A stretch of 40,570 nt of DNA from Deferrisomatales bacterium. GTDB taxonomy: Bacteria > Desulfobacterota > Deferrisomatia > Deferrisomatales > JACRMM01. Shown here piece after piece: positions 9,510 through 21,859 of this stretch (its first letter is position 1; the number at the start of each line of letters is the position of its first letter). The stretch covers positions 1 through 40,570 of the forward strand of contig JAWSUI010000033.1 in assembly GCA_033551855.1 (NCBI GenBank), read 5' to 3'. The notes under the pieces were generated by a model. That model had not been told where the DNA came from. It saw only the letters and a program-made list of their open reading frames with translations, and did not search any database. Made by a program: the position numbers and the translations under genes.

Positions 9510-9842
9510 TCAGCGGCAGTCCTCCGGGGGCTCGCTGTCGATCTCGTGCACCGCGCCGCCGCGGACGTCGACCTTGGCACAGCCCCCGACCACCAGGGGA
9601 CCGTCGGTCTGGTCGAACCGGGTTCCGGGGCCCGTCACGACCTGACGCCCCCCGATCACCCAGGTGCCGTGGAGGCCCTCCGGCATCGACTCCACCCAGC
9701 CGTAGAATCGGACCCGATCGCGATCATCGCGGGCGCCCGCCACGGCGGGGGACAGGAGTGCCGCGGCCGCAGCGGCCGCGAGCACCACCCAAAGGAACGA
9801 GCGAACCCTCGCTCGTCCGCCGATCATCTCACCGATCTCCAC
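9510..9842 (-). CDS. Small secreted protein, DUF5666-like beta domain
   Basis: Signal peptide (..AAAALLSPAVAGA) followed by FYGWVESMP..GTWVIGG..V..T.FD..G.L.VG..AKV pattern; true start may be a few codons downstream. Confidence 0.7.
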   Translation of the reverse strand: MEIGEMIGGRARVRSFLWVVLAAAAAAALLSPAVAGARDDRDRVRFYGWVESMPEGLHGTWVIGGRQVVTGPGTRFDQTDGPLVVGGCAKVDVRGGAVHEIDSEPPEDCR

Positions 9843-9903
9843 ACCCTCGCCTCCGTCCCCCCCGGTCCCCTGTCCGCCGTCGGCTTCCCCGCCCGGCGGC
9901 GGC

Positions 9904-10233
9904 CTACTTGAAACACGCGAAGACCGCGTTGCGGATCCGCTTGACGACGGTCTGGTCGGCGAGGAGAAGGTCGAGCTCCCCAGCGTCCAGGTGCACCGCT
10001 CCGCACCCCTCGTTGACGCACACGTCCACCGTCACCTTGCCCTGATCCACCTCCACGAGGGTCGGGGTGCCGCACCGGAAGCAGTGGTTGCGGTGCTCTT
10101 CGGCATAGGCTTCCCCCGCCTCCTTGTCGGTCTTCTCGCGAAGCGCCCGGATCTTCTCCTGCTCCCGTTTCCGGAAGTAGGCCTCCTCGCTGTCCAGCGT
10201 GACCACGGTGATGGGTTTGGTCTCGTTCGCCAT
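9904..10233 (-). CDS. zf-TFIIB-type zinc-ribbon protein with charged N-terminal helix
   Basis: CFRC...VDVC..(GC)GAVHLDAGEL; GGAGG RBS upstream of ATG. Confidence 0.85.
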   Translation of the reverse strand: MANETKPITVVTLDSEEAYFRKREQEKIRALREKTDKEAGEAYAEEHRNHCFRCGTPTLVEVDQGKVTVDVCVNEGCGAVHLDAGELDLLLADQTVVKRIRNAVFACFK

Positions 10234-10303
10234 GGGATCCTCCCGTCATCTCTCTCTTGTGCACGGCGCAGCCCCGCCGCGCCCTTGCCTGCGTCGCCCC
10301 CGT

Positions 10304-10332
10304 ACGCTACGGAGCCGTCTCCGTCGTGTCAA
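10304..10332 (-). promoter_or_regulatory. Sigma70-type promoter for the zinc-ribbon gene
   Basis: TTGACA (10332-10327), 17 bp spacer, TAGCGT (10309-10304). Confidence 0.55.
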
Positions 10333-10819
10333 GGCGCGGGCGCGGCCAACAGAGGAGACGCCAGGAAACGGGGGGGGTGAGGCTGGGACGCGACCTCCGG
10401 GGCTCGTCTGCGGCGTGGACCTTGGGGCAGGGAGAGGGCCGGAAATCACCAGGACAAGCAACCTGGTTGGGAAAATGAGAGGCTCATCCGGGAAACGGCC
10501 GGGTGGGTCCGCCCACTCCGGCGGCCGATGCCGGACGACCCGACGCTTGCGAGCCTTCAGGTCATCCAACCCGCCTGGCGGGGTCACAGGTCCCGACGGG
10601 GGTGCGGTCATCGATCGGCCGTCCCTGGGTGCGGAAACCCGTCATTCCCCGGAAGACCCCGAAAAAAAGAGATCGGCCCCCAAGCGGGCAGGCCGGGGGG
10701 GCAGCCTTGCCGCACGAGGGGGCCGAACTGTGGAAGCCGAGGTGCTTCCTTTACCCTGTTTCCACACCCTGCCTGTCTACAAGGCGTCTACATGGCCGAG
10801 GATGGAGTCTCATAACTAC

Positions 10820-10896
<77 letters not shown>

Positions 10897-10906
10897 GCGC
10901 GTTGTC

Positions 10907-11425
10907 CTATCGGGCCACGAAGTCCTTGAGGACGAGCTCGTAGCGGTCGTGCTCGAAGGGGTGGGCGTCCGGGTAGAGGCTGAAGAGCCACCCGGCGAAG
11001 AGCTCCGCCCCGTCCTCCTTCACCACCAGGCGGGCGGCGGGGTTCACCGTCTCGTTGGAGGCGGAGGTGATGACGCCGCCGGTCATCGAGAAGGCCGGCA
11101 GAAAGCTCTCGACCGTGATCTCGAGGCTGCCTTCGGTCACGGCCTCCCCGATGTCGATGGTGAGCTCCTTGGTGGTGTTGGTCTCCAGGTCCGCCACGCT
11201 CAGCACGACGGCCTTCCACGCGTTCTTGACCTCTTCGGGCACCACCACCTCCCGGGGACCTGCCAACCCCATCGCCCCGGGTTGGGCGTCCATGGGGGGG
11301 TGGGAGGGGGGCATCGCCGTCGGGGCGGCCGGGGCGGCAGCGGGCGCGGGTTCTTCCTTCTTGGAACACGCGCCGAGGGCCAGAGCGGCCGCTAGGGCGA
11401 TGGCGGGCAGCCAGAGCATCTTCAT
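10907..11425 (-). CDS. Lipoprotein, DUF2155-like
   Basis: GGAGA RBS, MKMLWLPAIALAAALALGAC lipobox, Pro/Ala linker, C-terminal LFAGWLFSLYPDAHPFEHDRY pattern. Confidence 0.85.
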   Translation of the reverse strand: MKMLWLPAIALAAALALGACSKKEEPAPAAAPAAPTAMPPSHPPMDAQPGAMGLAGPREVVVPEEVKNAWKAVVLSVADLETNTTKELTIDIGEAVTEGSLEITVESFLPAFSMTGGVITSASNETVNPAARLVVKEDGAELFAGWLFSLYPDAHPFEHDRYELVLKDFVAR

Positions 11426-11450
11426 GACAGTCTCCTTACAAGGGGTAGTG

Positions 11451-11542
<92 letters not shown>

Positions 11543-11572
11543 GGGCCGAAACCAGGGAGCTCGGGGAGCGAT

Positions 11573-11662
<90 letters not shown>

Positions 11663-11680
11663 GGCGCTCAGAAGTGGCGC

Positions 11681-11710
11681 ATTCTACAGACCCGCTCCGA
11701 CGGGGGTCAA
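11681..11710 (-). promoter_or_regulatory. Stable-RNA-type sigma70 promoter for the tRNA cluster
   Basis: TTGACC (11710-11705), 18 bp spacer, TAGAAT (11686-11681), then GC-rich discriminator GCGCC. Confidence 0.7.
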
Positions 11711-11781
11711 GGGGTTTGATGCCCCCGCAGTGCCGGCGCTCGCACGTGCCCGGGCATCCAGCGACCGGCCCGGCATTCCGG

Positions 11782-15291
<3,510 letters not shown>

Positions 15292-15296
15292 GCGTT

Positions 15297-15393
15297 AGTT
15301 TCCAGTTCCAGGTTCTGGGTTCTGGGTTCCGAGCTCGGAGCTCCGTGTCCTCTGGGTCCCAACAGGGAACGTGGAACCCGGAACTTGGAACTA
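15297..15393. repeat. Inverted pair of 7-bp tandem arrays filling the yicC-dnaE spacer
   Basis: agtttcc agttcca ggttctg ggttctg ggttccg agctcgg agctccg (15297-15345), then complementary ggaacgt ggaaccc ggaactt ggaacta (15366-15393). Confidence 0.85.
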
Positions 15394-16275
15394 CTCGATG
15401 TTTTGTACCTGCTCCCGGACCTTCTCGAGCTCGGCCTTCATCTCCACCACGAGCCTTCCGATCTCGGCGTCCGACGCCTTGGAGCCGATGGTGTTGACCT
15501 CACGGTTCATCTCCTGGAGAAGGAAGTCGAGCTTCCGCCCCACCACCCCTCCCTCGGCCAGGAGCTCGAGGACCTTCGCCAGGTGGCTGCGCAACCGCAC
15601 CACCTCCTCCGAGACGTCCGAGCGGTCGGCGAAGAGCGCGACCTCGAAAGCGATCCGCTCCGTGGCCACCTCCGGCGGCAACTCCTGGGCCAGGTCCTGG
15701 ACGCGCCGCCCGAGCCGGGAGCGCACTTCCTCGACCTGCGCCGGGCGCCGCTGCTCCACCCGGCCGATCAGCCCCCCGACCGTGTGGAGCCGGCCTCGCA
15801 GGTCGGCCGCCAAGTCTTCCCCTTCCCGGAGCCGCAGGGCATCGAGGGCCTCAAGGGCTTCCCCGAAGAGGGGGGCTGCCGCGACCCAGAGGGCCTCGGC
15901 CTCCATTCCACCACCCCCTGGGCTCGTGACGGCCGGGATCGCGAGAAGATGGTCCAGAGTCACCTCCGCCGGGACGCCCGACGCGTCGGCCGCCGCCCGA
16001 AGAGCGCGTGCCGCCTCGCGGGCGGCCTCCACGCTCACGTAGACACCCATCCCCGCGCCGGAGCGGCCATCCCACGCGGCGAACAGGTTGACCTGACCCC
16101 GCTGGAGGCGCCCCTTGACGAGTGCCAGAAGCTCGGTCTCGAAGCGCTGCAGGTCCGGAGGAAGCTTGGCCAGGACGTTCAGGAACCGATGGTTGACGGC
16201 CTTGACCTCCACTGCCAGCCGGCGGCCCCCGATTTCGCCTTCCGCCCGGCCGTAACCGGTCATGCTCTTGATCAT
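15391..16275 (-). CDS. yicC: YicC/YloC family endoribonuclease
   Basis: MIKSMTGYGR, VNHRFL, GRKLDFLLQEMNREVNTIGSK, REQVQNIE; start overlaps the upstream stop (TAATG). Confidence 0.95.
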   Translation of the reverse strand: MIKSMTGYGRAEGEIGGRRLAVEVKAVNHRFLNVLAKLPPDLQRFETELLALVKGRLQRGQVNLFAAWDGRSGAGMGVYVSVEAAREAARALRAAADASGVPAEVTLDHLLAIPAVTSPGGGGMEAEALWVAAAPLFGEALEALDALRLREGEDLAADLRGRLHTVGGLIGRVEQRRPAQVEEVRSRLGRRVQDLAQELPPEVATERIAFEVALFADRSDVSEEVVRLRSHLAKVLELLAEGGVVGRKLDFLLQEMNREVNTIGSKASDAEIGRLVVEMKAELEKVREQVQNIE

Positions 16276-16862
16276 TACGCTCGTCCGTTGTCCGTGGGTC
16301 GTTGCCCGTTGGGGACCGAAGCCGGGGTGTGAAGCCCGCTGCTTCGCAACCGCCTCTTGTGCCCCTCCCGCACGTCGTTGAAGAACGCGACGGCCCGGGG
16401 CTCCCGATAGTCCGGGTAGGTCCAGGGCAGCGGCCGGAATACCCCTGCCTCGAACACGAGCTCCACCTCGGCGTAGATCCCCTGGCCCAGGTACACGCGG
16501 TGGGCGGCAGGTTTTCCCGAGGCGAGCACCACCTGGGTCCGGTTCAGCAGCCCCGGGTCGAGGTTCACCGCCCGGCCCCCGACCCCGGCCAAGCCCGCTT
16601 CGAGGGCGTTGCAACGGAGCTTGATGGACGCAAGCTCACCGGGGTCCCGGAGCCCCTCCAGCTCCAGGTAGCCGCGCAGCAGCCCGGTACCCATCTCGCG
16701 CTGGTAGTACCGGCTCTGCACGAACGGCTCCTCGGCGCGGACGCGGCCGATCGGCCCGAAGGCGGAGGTGAGGGCCTCGAGGACCGCCGGCTCGCCAACC
16801 GCCGGGCCGCGCAGCACCCCGACGACCAGGACGCAGGGCTCGGGAGCCCCGGGAAGGCTCAT
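16275..16862 (-). CDS. DUF4416 family protein
   Basis: YYQREMG, RAVNLDPG, HRVYLGQGIYAEV, LPWTYPDY; ATG overlaps the kinase stop (ATGA). Confidence 0.85.
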   Translation of the reverse strand: MSLPGAPEPCVLVVGVLRGPAVGEPAVLEALTSAFGPIGRVRAEEPFVQSRYYQREMGTGLLRGYLELEGLRDPGELASIKLRCNALEAGLAGVGGRAVNLDPGLLNRTQVVLASGKPAAHRVYLGQGIYAEVELVFEAGVFRPLPWTYPDYREPRAVAFFNDVREGHKRRLRSSGLHTPASVPNGQRPTDNGRA

Positions 16863-17674
16863 GCCGCACCCCGCCGGGCTTGCCGCCGGCCCCTCCGATG
16901 CTGTGCTTCCCGCCCCTCGCGCCACAAGCTCGAAGGCTCGGCCGAGCCCAGACCTGCAGCTGCGGCATACTCCCGCAGGAAGTCCCAGCGGTCGCGAAGC
17001 GTCAGGACGGCGAGGTCGGGCAGCTCCCTGCCGAGCTCCTCCAGGTTCTTCACCCTCCGCTTACGCGACAGGCGCGTATGCAGCTCCTCCAGGTCCACGA
17101 GAAAGGGCCTCCAACACCCGTCCTCGATGCCGAACAGGAGGTTGCCCGCCAAGTCGCCGTGGTAGAGCCCCAGCCGGTGAAGCGCTCCCAGGAGCCGGGC
17201 CAGGGAGAGGACCGCTTCGCGAAAGGCGGGAGAGCCGGCCCTGCCGGGAGCCTCTGCCGCCAAGTGCCTCGCCCAGTGTGGGGCCGGGCCGATCCACCGG
17301 GTCACGAGCAGGGCCTCGCGCCAGATTCCTCGACCCCGGGCGAGAAGCTCCAGGGGTTCCGGCGTGCAGACCCCTTCCCGCGCGAGCCGCCTCCCCAGGG
17401 CGAACGCTCTTTGGGGCTTGCGCCGGATGCCGAAGTCCCGGAGCCGCCGCACGAACCCCTGGGGAGTGTAATGCTTGGCAAACACCGCACCCTGGGCCGT
17501 CTCCACCCGGTATGCGGTCCTGTCGGGGCGGGATTGCAGGGGCTCCCAACGCCCCTCCCACAGACCGATCGGGGGCCCGACCGGCCCCCCGGCAGGCCGG
17601 GCGCCGACGTCGCGCCACCGCGGCTCAGGTCCGGGCGGAACCGACAGGATTCGGATTCCCGTGGGATGCGGCAC
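16859..17674 (-). CDS. Lipopolysaccharide kinase (Kdo/WaaP/InaA-like family)
   Basis: VFAKHY, LHRLGLYHGDLAGNLL, LVDLE kinase-fold motifs within the LPS operon; start uncertain. Confidence 0.8.
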   Translation of the reverse strand: MPHPTGIRILSVPPGPEPRWRDVGARPAGGPVGPPIGLWEGRWEPLQSRPDRTAYRVETAQGAVFAKHYTPQGFVRRLRDFGIRRKPQRAFALGRRLAREGVCTPEPLELLARGRGIWREALLVTRWIGPAPHWARHLAAEAPGRAGSPAFREAVLSLARLLGALHRLGLYHGDLAGNLLFGIEDGCWRPFLVDLEELHTRLSRKRRVKNLEELGRELPDLAVLTLRDRWDFLREYAAAAGLGSAEPSSLWREGREAQHRRGRRQARRGAA

Positions 17675-18653
17675 CGCGTAGCTCTTCCACCGACGCCACC
17701 GCCGTGCCGAGCTTGCCCACCACGATCCCGGCGGCGAGGTTCGCCAGGCACGCGGCCTGCACGGGCGGCGCGCCGGCCGCCCACGCGAGCGCCAGTACGG
17801 AGATGGCCGTGTCCCCCGCCCCGGTGACGTCGAACACGTCCCGGGCGCGGGTGGGGAGGTGGGCCACTTGCCCCGAGTCCTCCACCAGGGTCATGCCCCG
17901 GTCCCCCCGGGTGACGAGCACGGCCCGGGAGCCGAGGCGGGTCAGGAGCCTTCTCCCGGCAGCGGCCGCCTCCTCGTCGGAGCGCACCGGCGCGTCCGCC
18001 ATGGCCTCGGTCTCCTTGACATTCGGGGTGAGGACCGTAACCCCGCGGTACTGTCCCACGTTGACGGGTTTTGGGTCCACGGCCAGGAGGACGCCCGCCC
18101 GCCGGGCGCCTTCGATCAGGGGACCCATGAGGGTGCTCGAGACGACACCCTTCCCGTAGTCGGAGATGATGACGGCATCGACCTCACCCAGGCGCGGCAC
18201 CAGGAGCTCTCGCAAGGAGGACAGCACCTCTTCGCCCAGGGGGGCGCGCCGCTCCCTGTCGAACCGGACCACCTGCTGGTGCTGGGCGATCACACGGGTC
18301 TTCACCGCCGTGGGACGGTCGTCCGTCTCCACCAGGCCGCCGGCCCGCACGCCCAGCCGCCCGAGCTCGTCGCGAATCTGGACGCCCGCGGCGTCCCGTC
18401 CCACCACCCCGAAGAGCTCCACCGCCGCCCCCAAGGCCCGCAGGTTGTGCACCACGTTGGCGGCGCCCCCCAGGCGAAAGACCTCCCGGTCCACCTCGAC
18501 CACCGGCACCGGGGCTTCGGGAGAGATCCGCTCCACCGCCCCGTACAGGAACTGGTCGAGCATCACGTCCCCCAGCACCGCCACCCGGACGGGCACGCTC
18601 CGGGCTTCGAGCCGCTCCAGGGCGGCCCGGGCGACCGCATCGACGTCGATCAT
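17625..18653 (-). CDS. rfaE1: D-glycero-beta-D-manno-heptose-7-phosphate kinase (stand-alone HldE kinase domain)
   Basis: GDVMLDQF, ERISPEAPVPV, GGAANV, SDYGKG, VFDVTGAGDT; no C-terminal adenylyltransferase domain. Confidence 0.93.
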   Translation of the reverse strand: MIDVDAVARAALERLEARSVPVRVAVLGDVMLDQFLYGAVERISPEAPVPVVEVDREVFRLGGAANVVHNLRALGAAVELFGVVGRDAAGVQIRDELGRLGVRAGGLVETDDRPTAVKTRVIAQHQQVVRFDRERRAPLGEEVLSSLRELLVPRLGEVDAVIISDYGKGVVSSTLMGPLIEGARRAGVLLAVDPKPVNVGQYRGVTVLTPNVKETEAMADAPVRSDEEAAAAGRRLLTRLGSRAVLVTRGDRGMTLVEDSGQVAHLPTRARDVFDVTGAGDTAISVLALAWAAGAPPVQAACLANLAAGIVVGKLGTAVASVEELRGAASHGNPNPVGSART

Positions 18654-19789
18654 GGGCGAAGGTCCCGACAGATCTCGTAGAGGAACGAGGCGTGGGCGCG
18701 GGCGCAGCGGTCCAGGCTGAACTGCTCCAGCACGCGCCGGCGGGCGACCCGCCCGAGGCGGCCAGCCTCGTCCGGGCACCCAGCCAAGTATACGACCTTC
18801 TCCCCAAGGGAGGAAGGGTCCCCCGGCGGTATGAGGAACCCGCTCTCCCCCTCCTCCACCAGGTCCGGCAGCACCCCGACCCGCGTGGCCACGAGGGGCA
18901 CGCCCGAGGCCATCCACTCCAGGCCGACCCGGCAGTTGGCCTCGCTGCCCGTGCTCGCCACCACGCCGAGGTCGAAGCTCCGGAGCACCCCCGGGAGGTC
19001 CACCCGGTGCCCCAGAAAAACCACCCGGCCGGTCAACACGGGGTCGGCAGCCACCCGTGCCTCGAGCTCCGCCCGGCGCGGTGTGGCCTCCTTCACCAGC
19101 ACCACGAAGGCTGCCTCGGCCCCTGCCCGGAGGGCGACCCTTGCGCCTTCGAGGAAATCGTCATGTCCCTTCACGCGCCCCAGGCGGCCCAGGATGCCCA
19201 CCAGGAAGGTTTCTTCCCCCAGCCCCAGCTCCCTCCGCAGGTCGGGTGCGGTTCCCTCGGGCGTGAAGACGGTCGGGTCCACCCCCCCGTGGATCGTCCG
19301 AAGCCGGGGAATCGGCCCCAGGCGCTCCTTGAGAGAGCGCGCAATCGCCTCGTTCGAGGCCACTACCCCTGCGAGCCAGCGCGTATACAGCGCGCGGTTC
19401 AGGGGGTCGGCCCGCAGGGGACGCATGTCGCCGCGCACGCGCACGCAGGGCACCCCCGCCCGTCGGCACGCCCACGCCACGAGGGGCAGCCCCTCGGGGC
19501 GGTGAACCAACGCCGCATCGAAGGGCCGCGACCTCAGCAGCCGCAACAATCGCAGGGCCGCCGGGAGGGCGGCAAGGGCCCGCAGACCCTTGTCGTTGAA
19601 CCCGGCCTCCTCCACCGTCTCGAGCCCGGCCTCCCTGCTCTTGCCGGCTGCCGGCGACGCCTCCTGGGCCAGGAAGCTCACCTGGTGGCCCTGGCGCGCC
19701 ATCTCTCCCGCCAGGTCCAGGGCGTACTGGGCCTCGGCGTTGAACCACCTGACGTGGGCGAGGTGTAGGACCCTCAGGTACTTCGACAT
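18650..19789 (-). CDS. Glycosyltransferase family 4
   Basis: GRLGRVKGH, FLGHRVD, SEANCRVGLEWMASGVPLVATRVG (EX7E-type motif). Confidence 0.9.
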   Translation of the reverse strand: MSKYLRVLHLAHVRWFNAEAQYALDLAGEMARQGHQVSFLAQEASPAAGKSREAGLETVEEAGFNDKGLRALAALPAALRLLRLLRSRPFDAALVHRPEGLPLVAWACRRAGVPCVRVRGDMRPLRADPLNRALYTRWLAGVVASNEAIARSLKERLGPIPRLRTIHGGVDPTVFTPEGTAPDLRRELGLGEETFLVGILGRLGRVKGHDDFLEGARVALRAGAEAAFVVLVKEATPRRAELEARVAADPVLTGRVVFLGHRVDLPGVLRSFDLGVVASTGSEANCRVGLEWMASGVPLVATRVGVLPDLVEEGESGFLIPPGDPSSLGEKVVYLAGCPDEAGRLGRVARRRVLEQFSLDRCARAHASFLYEICRDLRP

Positions 19790-19849
19790 CGGAGCCCTTC
19801 CCTACCCTTCCACGAGCACCGCATCCGCTCTGGGTACGAGTACGACGGC

Positions 19850-20040
19850 GAGAGTTGCGTCAGAGTCGGGCGCGGGGCCCTCCCGGAGAGCGGGCAGGCG
19901 GCCTTGGAACGATGCTCCGGGCGCACCGCAGGGCCGCGGGGCCGCTCGCAATCGTCTCGCGAGCTGCACCGCGCGCCGGGATCCTGCCCGCCGGAGGGAG
20001 GGCTTCGCGCCGAAGGCACGCGGAGACCCGATTGCTCGCT
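19850..20040 (-). pseudogene. Possible decayed 3' remnant of a polysaccharide deacetylase
   Basis: Minus-strand translation PAGRIPARGAARETIASGPAALR aligns ungapped with PAGRIGFLVNRFEPRARGPLWLR of the intact deacetylase (11 of 23 identical by eye). Confidence 0.4.
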
Positions 20041-20145
20041 GTCGTACGAGCCCCTGTGACCGCCCGGTTCAGAGGATCCCTCTGCCGCTGGAGACCTTCG
20101 ATGACCCACCCGCCGATACCGATGAGCAGTTTCGGAACCCATCGA

Positions 20146-21723
20146 CTACCAGAAGGAAGCCAGCCCCAGCCCGGCGTAGACCTCGGTTCGGTCGACTCTT
20201 CGCGGGTCGTCCAGGGGATCGCGCACCCGAGCCCCCAGCAGGTCGAGGGTTGCCGTCAGCGGCACGCCGGCCGCCCGGAGCGCCAGGGCCTCCACCCGCA
20301 GGTTGCCCTCCCACCGCCGTTCGCTCTCGGGGAGGGAACGGCCCCGCTCCGAGACCTCGCCGGTGAGGGAGGTCCGCCACCCCGCCCCGAAGTATCGGGA
20401 AAGCTCCGCTGACGTACTCCACGCATCGCCCCCCATGGGGTGGCCCATGGGCCGCCCACGGTACGAGAAGCCTTGGGGATATTGGTGGTGGCGGTACCAG
20501 GCCTGGGAAGTCTCGGCGTACTCCCAGCGAAGCTCCGTCAGCCCCGTGGAGAGGAAGAACCCTCCCAGATATCCCCGCTGGAGGAGCTCAAAGGGCAGAA
20601 ATCCAAACATGTTGTGCCGCTCCCAACGCCCTGTGAATTCCGTTGGTCCCCCGTCGGTCCCGGCGAGCTCCCAGTAGATCTTTCCGCCCTTCAAAGGCCC
20701 CACGCCGTTGAGGAAGGGCAGCCGCAGGGTGAGATCGTAGGAGGCGTGGCCGTCGTTGTCGTAGCGGTCGGTGTCCCCTTCCCCGGGGTGCTCGTCTTCA
20801 CCGGAAAAGAGCTTCCACCAATCCTTCGGGCTGGTGTAGGAATGCCGTCCCTTGCCCCCATACAGGACGACCCTCGAGAAACCCACGTCGAACCAGGGGC
20901 TCGGGTGATACGAGAAGCGTATTCCCAGCAGCCGAGGATCCTGCACCGGCTCGACGCCGCTCCCGTACCGGGGGTCGGGGGGAGATGGGGTCGCATCCGA
21001 GAGGTACCCGTTGAAGACGGTGAACCGGAACCCTCCCACGCGCCCCAGGACCCCGGGCAAGAAGAGGGGCTCCTCCGTACGCACCCGCCAGAGGTTCATG
21101 GTTGGTGCGTTGTCGTCCAGGAGCAGGCTGCCGAAGTACCCCTGCCCCAGGCGTTCCGCGTCCCGCCCGACCTTGAGGGACCACTTGCCCCAGACGGTCT
21201 TGAGGTACAGTCGCTTGGTCCGGTAACCCACGTCATCCGAATGCTGGGTGAGCTGCAGCTCGTACGCCCCCCCGACCCGGTCTCCCCAGAAGGCCGCGCC
21301 GGAGGCGGAGAGAAAGGTGTTGAATCCATCTTCGAGCGTGTCGCCCGAGGTGTGGTAGAGAAGGCGCCGGTTTGTCGCACTCCCCAGCACGTAGGAGCGG
21401 ATCGCCAACTGCGGGAGCAGGGTCTCCAGGTGGAGACCACCGTCGGAGCGGGCGTCCTGCCACGAGGCGTAGCGCTCCCCAAGGGGGTCGACGAGGCCCC
21501 GGACCTGGAGGGCCCGATAGGATTCCAGGAACCAGACGTCGTCCAGGGGGCCTGCGCCCGCGTCCACCGGCCGTGCGATCCCCGAACCGGAGGCGAGCTC
21601 CACCAGGGAGAGGGCGCGCCGCTCCGAGGTGGGCACGTCGATCAGGGCACGAGCCGTTCCGGCGAGGCACATCCCCGCCAGGAAGACGGCACCCACAACG
21701 ACTGGCCATCGTCTGTGGTTCAT
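20146..21723 (-). CDS. Capsule assembly Wzi family outer-membrane protein
   Basis: Signal peptide, VGRDAERLGQGYFGSLLLDDNA, YRHHQYPQGFSYRGRPMGHPMGGDA, aromatic C-terminal residue typical of beta-barrels. Confidence 0.82.
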   Translation of the reverse strand: MNHRRWPVVVGAVFLAGMCLAGTARALIDVPTSERRALSLVELASGSGIARPVDAGAGPLDDVWFLESYRALQVRGLVDPLGERYASWQDARSDGGLHLETLLPQLAIRSYVLGSATNRRLLYHTSGDTLEDGFNTFLSASGAAFWGDRVGGAYELQLTQHSDDVGYRTKRLYLKTVWGKWSLKVGRDAERLGQGYFGSLLLDDNAPTMNLWRVRTEEPLFLPGVLGRVGGFRFTVFNGYLSDATPSPPDPRYGSGVEPVQDPRLLGIRFSYHPSPWFDVGFSRVVLYGGKGRHSYTSPKDWWKLFSGEDEHPGEGDTDRYDNDGHASYDLTLRLPFLNGVGPLKGGKIYWELAGTDGGPTEFTGRWERHNMFGFLPFELLQRGYLGGFFLSTGLTELRWEYAETSQAWYRHHQYPQGFSYRGRPMGHPMGGDAWSTSAELSRYFGAGWRTSLTGEVSERGRSLPESERRWEGNLRVEALALRAAGVPLTATLDLLGARVRDPLDDPRRVDRTEVYAGLGLASFW

Positions 21724-21859
21724 GGTCGCCTCGAACCGCACATCGGCCGCCGGACGGCCGGGTAGCCTGGGAGAAGCTCGTCTTCTAACACGCAAAGGCC
21801 CCTGCCGGGAACCGTCACCTGTGGCGGATCGGCCCCGTGCAGCGGCTCCGGCGGTGCCG

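Noticed and set aside
15297..15393. CRISPR array interpretation of the short repeats (also 40126-40491)
   Set aside because: Units are 7-9 bp in tandem with no unique spacers, and no cas genes are present.
17625..18653. Heptose kinase lacking the adenylyltransferase domain
   Set aside because: Split HldE (RfaE1/RfaE2) is a well-known arrangement, not novel.
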